The notes under the pieces are model-generated. The model did no database searches. It had not been told where the DNA came from and saw nothing but the letters and a program-made list of their open reading frames with translations. Shown here piece after piece: positions 56,392 to 64,000 of a stretch of DNA of 64,000 nucleotides. The position numbers were made by a program, and so were the translations under genes. The number at the start of each line of letters is the position of its first letter. Position 1 is the stretch's first letter. The DNA is from Fistulifera solaris (lineage: Eukaryota): assembly GCA_030295235.1 (NCBI GenBank), contig AP026126.1, forward strand, positions 1,550,001-1,614,000, read 5' to 3'.

Positions 56392-59329
56392 ATGAAAGTC
56401 AACGTTGTGACAGCGCTTACTGCAGGGTTTGCGTCCGTGTTGGGTGAGACTCAGAAAAGTGCCTTGTATCCACTGAAGCAGCGCCTAGATCAAGCTGCAA
56501 CGACCACCAGATTCAACAGGACAGATCTTCCAATTTATGAAATATCATATTCGGAAGACAGCAGCCCAAAGCTCCTTTCCCATTTCATTATCGCTCTTTT
56601 TGAAACCGATGGACAGCTTCCATTCTATCCCTCACTCTTCAACGTTGAGATGGCAGTGCAAGCTTTCGTTGAAGCGGAACTCAATTTTGTCTACGCTCCT
56701 TTCAGCCTTATCAAGGACGTGCATGCAAAGGTTGTTTCCCAGAAGAATACAGCTTCAACGCGCAATATGCGATCCTTACAGATGCGTGGTAGCGAGCTCG
56801 AGATGGAACTCAACGTGACGTTCGCGAACGAGCCATCGCCTGACATATCTGATGTTGACTTAGCGCTAAAGAATGCGATGGAAAATATGACTTACTTTCT
56901 GACTAATCTAACAAAACGAGCAGAAGGAGACCGAGAGCTAGAAAATGTGCACTCTGCATTCCGTCTGGAAATATCAGACGCCAATCCGATCCAAGAGCCA
57001 ACTGACGAAGTTGGCGGGACCGAACCGGAGGCAAAATCAAGCAATATTAGATTTATTATCCCTCTTGTTTGCGCCTTCTGTGCCGCGACGCTTTTGATTG
57101 GCCTGTTTGCTGTCCGTCGACAGCGTACTTCAATGATCAGGGAGGCTCGAGCCCGCGGATACGTTGGCGACGATGGAAACTTATATTGGGATGATGAAAG
57201 TGGCATATTCAGTTTTGAAACAGCCCTGCTCGAAACTCCCCATGAAAAAAATCTTCCAATGAAGACGTGGATTTCTGAAGGTGGTGGCATGTCAAAAGAT
57301 CTTCGTTATGGTGACGAAGACATGGGGGAAAATAGGTCTCGTTTTGGATCTCATGATGAGAGCTCGTACCAATTCACTGAGATTGCTCTCGATTCTCCCA
57401 ACCGAGGCTCTGTCATAACATCATCCATTCGCAAACATGAGTATGACACGAGCGACAAGATCAAGTCGACGAATCCAGTAGAGCCCCCACGATACGACGT
57501 TCCTGTTACGAAGAACGGACCCCGCTCGGTTTTCAGACTATTGCCAAGCCGTCCCTTTAGCGCAACTCAAACAGACAATCCTTTGACAAATACAAATGAC
57601 AACTCGTCTATTTTCCAGGCGTTGCCTCAAGTCGCTCTTGCGGTACAAATGGGTCCGACAGAGAAAGCTATCACGCCTGATTCATGCACATCATCTGTTT
57701 TTACTTTCTCCGACGAGGACGAAGGGCTCCGAGAGAATGACGTCCGCAACGACGTCATGGATAGTGTCGGCAACATTGAAGGCGTCTATCAAGCAAACTG
57801 GCAGCGTCGAAACATAGGCAATTCGGAGCACAATGTCAAGGCAGTCGACTCGTTCGATCATTTCCAAACAGACAATGCTCCTAGGAAAGAAGATCTTTCA
57901 CTATCGGGAGAACTAATTGGTCTCTCGGTTGCCGGTGTTCAGTCTAGGGATGATGTAACCTCCCAAGGTCGATCCAGAGTAAACCGTTTGATGAGGAAAG
58001 TCCCCCAAGAGACCAACTAGATGCTTTCGTTGATTCGGGATCGCATTTTCCAAGCGAGCAACCGCTACCTGAGTTGCCATCATCATCAATTATCAACCAG
58101 CGAAAGAGCATGAGCGACTCTAAGATCAGGCGAGAAAAAAAGCCCATTACCCTGCGTCCCAAGAGCTTTAGTGATTCGAAGCCGAGAAGTCGCTTATCCG
58201 GAAATTCCTATGATTGGGAAAGCGAGGACCCAACGGGCGCGAAGATGAACCTATCGCACAGTACAAACGGTTATTACGATTGGGGAGTAACACTTCGCCC
58301 AGTTAGAAGTCCATTGCAGTTCCAGAATGAATCGAGCACGCCGAATGGTGAGACCCGAAGCAGTAACGTCTACGTCAAAGATACGCCCAAAGATGGTACA
58401 GACCGTAAAAACTTCGATGCTCTTTGGGAGAATGATGAAGTGAGTTTCGTACACAAGATCGGTAGGCGCCACACAAAGTCAACGGTTGCGGATGGAACGA
58501 CTAATTATCAGAGCGAAGCCATGGATCCTACAGACTGGTCGGTTTCAACGGGAGAAGATGGAAGTTGCGCTTCGACTGAAGTAGCTGACACGACCCCTCA
58601 GACATCTGGAAAAAGAAAAGAAACTTCCTTTCCGGCTTCTTTTCCGGCTCGAAACAGAAAAGCATTGACCACCTCCAAGCCGCTAAGGCCCCTGTTAGTG
58701 TCGAGCAATCGCCGGAGTCGACAGCAACTGACGAGCAACTCGCCGAGGCAGAAGCAGAGTCACACAAGCAGCAGCTCATCAGTGATCTTGGTTGGCTAGA
58801 AGACAGAATTGCATCATCACATGGCGCTCTTGTGTCGTCGCCGGACTCTCAGGTCAACTCCACCGATCGCGAAAGTTCCCATCAACTTGGCAATGAAAGA
58901 CGCACTCTGTTACAGTCTAGCAAGGGCGATTCGATTTTAGAAGACTCACTTTCCTTTCCTTCCGGAGACCAGAGCCGATCGTTCTTTGGATCGTCTCTCG
59001 ACACTACAGCAGATCTATTGAGCCCTGGTGCCGAAAACAGCTCAGATTTGAAGGGATTGCAAAGTATTCTCTGCCGTGACTGCTTTGCACCGCCTGGCAA
59101 ACTGAAGATTATAATTCAGTCCACCAAGAACGGCCCTGCTATCCACACTGTGAAGGCTGATAGCGCTTTGACAGGCCATATCTTTCCTGGTGATTTGATT
59201 GTCAGCGTGGATGACGTTGACACACGATCTTTCACAGCAGAGCAGGTAATGAAGATGATGACTGAGAGGGCGCGTTACGAAAGAAAGATAACGGTGTTGC
59301 ATTTCGATAAGACGGAAGACTTGTATTAG
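56392..59329 (+). CDS. Type I membrane protein with long disordered tail and C-terminal PDZ domain; three ORFs probably one gene
   Basis: Signal-like N-terminus; TM FIIPLVCAFCAATLLIGLFAV followed by RRQR; terminal APPGKLKIII...GPAIHTVK..S.L.G.IFPGDLIVSVDDVDTR matches PDZ. Confidence 0.7.
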
Positions 59330-60104
59330 TGCGACGAATCAGTTTACGCGTAGCAGCCATAGATGGCGCTGGTAACAAGAGACGCAGCAATGAAGCAATG
59401 AACCAAGTCAACTTAAATGTTATATAATTTCATTTAAAATAGTCTCGTTTTTGGTAGATGCTTTTAGTTGCGTTTGGTTGCCTGTTACCATTTAGGCGGA
59501 GATGGGAATTGAGCGATTCACAAAGCTAGAGTCATCTGCTCTCGCTACCCTCCCTAGTCAAGTCAATCTCCCATTTTGAAATTTACTGTTACCATAAGTA
59601 CGCAGTTCTTCCTTCAGCACGTCTCCCATCCATACTTTGTAATGGTTCATTGCGTGCAACCGGGACTTGACAGGGGCCGCAAATCAGTGGGCAAATGGGG
59701 AAAGAGTGAAGCGAGCAAAAAGATAACTTTGGCTTATAGTTTGGTTCTTGGTGGTTCGTTCATTCCTTAATACGTAAAAGTGAGAAACAATCAGAATGTC
59801 GGGTGACAAGCTACTTGTACACCAGTCAGGGTTTTTAGCTGTCGCGTACTCCATAGTGGAGTCTTGCAAAACAAGGTGAAGGGTCACAAGTTACAGTCAT
59901 TTTCATAAATCCCAAGAACGATTATTTGCCGGTTCCTCACAAAACACAAAATCCTTCGGATCATTCGTCCACTGGTGAAGCTGGACGAGGAACAAGAAAA
60001 ATAATTCAGACCTGGCAAAGGGCTGCACCTCCTTCTCTTGTGTCACATTCTCGGTCGGCATCGACTCGATTGCTCACAAAACTTCCGAAATTTTAACTTT
60101 CATC

Positions 60105-63100
60105 ATGACTGACTCGCAATCTACCAATTCAGCATCGAACAATCTAATCAACGACGATGTGATTCTTCGACAGCTACTCAAGGAACTTCCCGGAGTAAAA
60201 ACACAATTCCAGTTCAAAGGATGGCAAAAGTCATTCTTGGATCGTTATCATTATCTTTTGAGCGAAGAGGGCGTCGCCAAGGCCAGCGAAACGTACGATG
60301 AATTCCAAAAACTGGTGTTGAAGCTCATGAAGCAGATTCTGGCCTTGAAAGAATACTACGACAAGGGCGAGGTAAAACCAGAGCGAACTTCGGTGAAAGC
60401 ACTCTCTTGTATACAAGAATTGTCGAAGCAGATCATCGCAGTTACGGATGAACAAGTAAAGATGGTCCCTGGGACCGGTCAAAGAGAAAAAAGAAGCCGG
60501 ATATACAAAGTTCATGATGGGTGCTGTTCTGGTGAAAGACAACTTCAAGCAACACGGTCGTCTAGTCATGTGCGCCGAGTCGCTGGCTCGTTTCCACAAG
60601 AAAATGTCCGAATGTATCAACGACCGATTTGTGTTGGAGACAATGGAGAATTTTGGTTGGAAGCTCCAGCTTTTCTGTGATATCATGTCGGATTTAGGTC
60701 TTTACCAAGCCATGACAAAGAGTCAAGAGTTGGTTCCAGTGCCCGAGCCGCTCATTGTGATTGCTACGGAGCAAGTTTCAAACAAAGAAGAGAACCCTTT
60801 TCCAGTCAATGTATCTGAAACGGCAATTGTCATATCACCGGCCGTTGTTGAAAAGAAGCAGAGTCGTCGAGTCTGACACTGGGGGATGTCGCTGTGGAAG
60901 CGCCAATTGAAGATGAAGGACTAGATGAACATCATGCTACTAGCACATCGACTGTTAATGACATGGATGAAGAGGCACTTCGTCCCAAAATAATGCCAGG
61001 GAAACTTTCGAGTCCAATCAAATGTGAAAAGGTCGTAGCTTCAAAGACCAAGCCGGGGAGGTTGGTGATTCACGAATATCAGCCAGCACCGAGACCTGGG
61101 CTCATCGACTCACCCCGGAGAAGATTAAGAAAGTTACAGCGCTTCTATCCGAATAAACAAACAGGCAGACGCTCGGCTCCTCGAAAGCCTATCAAAATGG
61201 ATATGAGCTCCGACGATGAGTCGGAATACAGTCAATCGTCCTCCAGCGAAACAGTTAAGACTGTTCATTCCGAAGACGCAGATTACATTATGGGGATAAG
61301 CCAAGTTGACAAAACACCTACAGAAATAGAGAAATCTCCTTCGCATTCGAGAAAAGAAACGAGCGGAATGGACCTGGAAAAGTATCTCCCGAAGTCGAAA
61401 CGGCGCAGCCCAAATAATATAGTTCGCGATAAATGTGCGACGAATGCGCTAGGCGCTGATTTTGAAGACATCTCTGAGTACAGTCAATCGTCCTCCAGTG
61501 AAACAGTCATGACAGTTCAGACGGATGATGCAAATCACATTTTTGGCGACAATCGGTCCCAAAAAATATCGCCCAAGATAGAGGGCAAACTAAAAGGTGC
61601 TACCTCTTTGAGCCAAACAAATGAGATGGGATCAACTACCTCTCTGTCAGATTATCTTTCGCCATCCTCGGAATCAAAACGACAACCAAGAAATAGGCAA
61701 GCACCAGCACCTGCCTTAAGCTCCGAACATGCACGCGTAACTAATGAAGGGCCGCCTAATTCACCTAATGAAGAGATGGCGCGAAATGGAGTTGGACCAT
61801 CAAAAGCGAAGCATTTGATGCCAGGGCCCCCAGTCAAATCCAGCCAGGAATATTTCAGATAGAATGAACCAGACTTCAGAGAAACCGAAAGAGAGGGAAA
61901 TAGCATTGATCAAGGACGAACCGCAAAACCAGGGCAGAAATCCGTCAAGCAAATCGCAGCTGCTCGGGAGTGGAGACAGTACGCCAATTCTCGGCAAAGG
62001 AGATGAAAGCATAACTAGGAATAATGGGGGAAGGAACGCTGTGAAACATGAGCCATCTCCCTTTCCAGAAGATCTAGAGTCGGAAAAGCACGATGACAAC
62101 AAACACGTCCATGGACAGGGGAAATCAAAAACAGTTCCACAACGTAAACAAAAGTCAGACCCGCAGAGTCCCGCATTTGCTTCTAGTCCACGTAACGTTA
62201 CTACACCAAAAATGGAGAGTAAGAAGGATGTTCGAGACGGAGACACCGCTGAGAACCGGCCGGAAAGTTCTGGAACAGGCAAAACCAAGAAGCGCAACGA
62301 CCAACGTGAAACAGACTTACAGAACAGTGACACGAGCAAGAAATCTGACATAAAAACCGAGCGCTCTCCATCGCAGCCCCCTAGAAAGGTAAAGGAAAAG
62401 CCGGATATTGCTGACGATTCGCAGCCGTTGACCCAGAAGCCCAAAGCAACGGCGAAAATCCCCCCGCCGTCACCGCGATCCACAAAAACGACAATAAAGA
62501 AACTGCAGCCAAAAGTACTGACCTTGGTCAAATGAAGCAGAAACATGGGGGCGACAGCGAAAGGAAAAACTTAGAGACGATTATAGTTGTCGCTGCCGAA
62601 GAGTCTTATCCGTCATCCCCTGAGAGAAAGCAACTGGCAGCCCAGGTTCTGCAACATGTCCTTTCCTGTCTTACAGCTCGGGAATTCGTTCTAGGAGACG
62701 AAGTTTATAAGCACAACGTCCATGTTGTCAAAACACGAGAAGATTTCGGCAACGCCGATGCTTCAGGTGAAGGAACTTTACTGAGAAGAAATGTTTTGTT
62801 AGATACTGTGATGGCCGCCGCTGACTGCTACGTAGTGATTTCACCTGATCACAATTACTCTATCCCACTGATGAGACAATTCGATAAACAGGCCTATATT
62901 GCAAAGTGCGCTGGAATCGTGAATTATTCCTCCAATCCATGGTGCGAAATGCGCGGTGCCGTCGCCATCTCAATGATGTGCCACGAACTGGGTTGCCTTC
63001 CTGTATCTTCATTCTGTTGTATTCCTGAAGCCAGTGAGCTTGCTGGAAGAGGAAGAATAGAAAAAGACAATGATTTCGCTCCACAGCTACCACAAATGCT

Positions 63101-63167
63101 GAATGAATTAGAGTGGACAGCAGTTGCCTTTAAAAAGCAGCGCTCTATCGTAGGAGTTCCATTCTAA
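60105..63167 (+). CDS. Large protein: helical N-domain, disordered middle, C-terminal NAD(P)H-dependent FMN-reductase/flavodoxin-like domain (62532-63167); fusion inferred across indels
   Basis: ADCYVVISPDHNYSIP, KCAGIVNYSSNPW, ELGCLPVS and LNELEW resemble FMN_red proteins; adjacent ORFs abut with frame changes. Confidence 0.55.
61221..61548 (+). repeat. Intragenic direct repeat of about 75 bp (61221-61296 vs 61473-61548)
   Basis: Encodes SEYSQSSSSETVKTVHSEDADYIMG and SEYSQSSSSETVMTVQTDDANHIFG. Confidence 0.8.
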
Positions 63168-63252
63168 AGCTCTGTCAATTTTTGTAAGAAAATATAATAT
63201 ATACGTGAGTTTTTAACTCTGACATGAGACTTCTATGTAATCGGCACCAACT

Positions 63253-64000
63253 TTATCCCAAAAGACTCAGTTTGCCTTCTAGTTGCAAAAGCGCTGGGAA
63301 TACCTCAACGCGTTCTTGAACAATGTTCCGTAGTGTCTGAAGCTGCTCGGGAGATCTAATCCGCCCAGTTCGTAGTAAAATCGATAACCAGGTACTGCAC
63401 AGATATTCGGCACGACTTGGTTTCAAGGCAAGTCTACTGGTCAAAGCAGTCAAAAGTACAGATAGCAAGTCTGAGGCCATCGTCCCACACGTAGTCTCAA
63501 TGACTTTTGCGTCCTTGACACTCAAAGCCAGTTCTAGCAACCCATCGTCTCCAGATTGTAAGGCTTGCTGCAAAAGCTGAGACAATGATTCCGTTGTAGC
63601 CTTTTTCGGTTGAAAAGAAGACGCCAAATCACCACCATCCACGTCCATATTCTCGGATTCATTTTCTCTTTCCGACCCTTCATCGTCCTCGTCGAGTACT
63701 TTTTGTAGTTGCTCTAATCTTTCGGCGATCGTAGGGCCCTCTTCCTCCTCCTCGTCATTTTCGCCTTCGCCTTCCTCGATTTTTTGTCGTTTTGCTGACA
63801 CTTCTTTTATTTGACGAGCGTCGCCTCCGGCTTGTCCAGGACCCAAAACCACTGCTTTTCTTTTTTCTCTTGCGACTGGGTCGTCAACATCCATTATTTT
63901 AGTTTCTTCCCAGTTGACAACAAACGTTTCGTCAGATGCCGACGCACTATCAAGGTCGAGTCTCCGAACTTGAAGAATTCCTTTCTGCATAATGGCCCAA
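63253..64000 (-). CDS. 3' part of an SSU-processome protein with Utp12/Dip2 C-terminal domain (UTP5/WDR43-like); 5' end outside window
   Basis: TIAERL...ATTESLSQLLQQALQSGDDGLLELAL...IETT...RL..KPSRA..L..WL..LL...ERV..FPALLQLEGKL. Confidence 0.72.
   Translation of the reverse strand, partial: WAIMQKGILQVRRLDLDSASASDETFVVNWEETKIMDVDDPVAREKRKAVVLGPGQAGGDARQIKEVSAKRQKIEEGEGENDEEEEEGPTIAERLEQLQKVLDEDDEGSERENESENMDVDGGDLASSFQPKKATTESLSQLLQQALQSGDDGLLELALSVKDAKVIETTCGTMASDLLSVLLTALTSRLALKPSRAEYLCSTWLSILLRTGRIRSPEQLQTLRNIVQERVEVFPALLQLEGKLSLLG

Noticed and set aside
4150..62535. Programmed ribosomal frameshifting or mass pseudogenisation as the cause of split ORFs
   Set aside because: Breaks occur in arbitrary homopolymers in both directions, with no common slippery motif and no loss of catalytic motifs; assembly error is simpler.
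61800..62546. 248-aa hydrophobic minus-strand ORF
   Set aside because: Antisense shadow of a K/E/S-rich plus-strand coding region.

Overview
Gene-dense eukaryotic nuclear DNA with short GT-AG introns (about 75-185 bp) and bipartite plastid presequences. The gene content fits a diatom, probably a raphid pennate; the taxon is my inference from the sequence and I did not check it against a database. About 35 protein-coding genes are visible. Recognisable ones are an LHC-like/SEP protein, two paralogous TKL-like kinases, PEX4, EFL (the EF-1alpha alternative), PEX11, sterol C5-desaturase, two WCRAC thioredoxins, DUF3119, OGDH E1, an SLC14/UT urea transporter, CDP-DAG synthase, ENT, a bacterial-type FabI, CPSF30, PEX3, Golgi alpha-mannosidase II and a UTP5/WDR43 fragment. 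Many genes carry single-base indels in homopolymer runs, in both directions, which I read as assembly errors rather than pseudogenes. I saw no rRNA, tRNA, CRISPR array or intact transposon. The best candidates for new biology are: (1) a plastid-targeted thioredoxin-cNMP-binding-EF-hand fusion next to a stand-alone paralog of its Trx domain; (2) a CPSF30 with an extra CCCH finger, a YTH domain and a DCD domain; (3) three dispersed members of an unrecognised 4-TM-repeat membrane family with dileucine sorting motifs; (4) a urea channel with a mitochondrial-type presequence; (5) tandem RXL-motif type-I membrane proteins, one ending in a PDZ domain; (6) an intergenic palindrome TACCWGGTA and a cluster of 7-bp tandem duplications.
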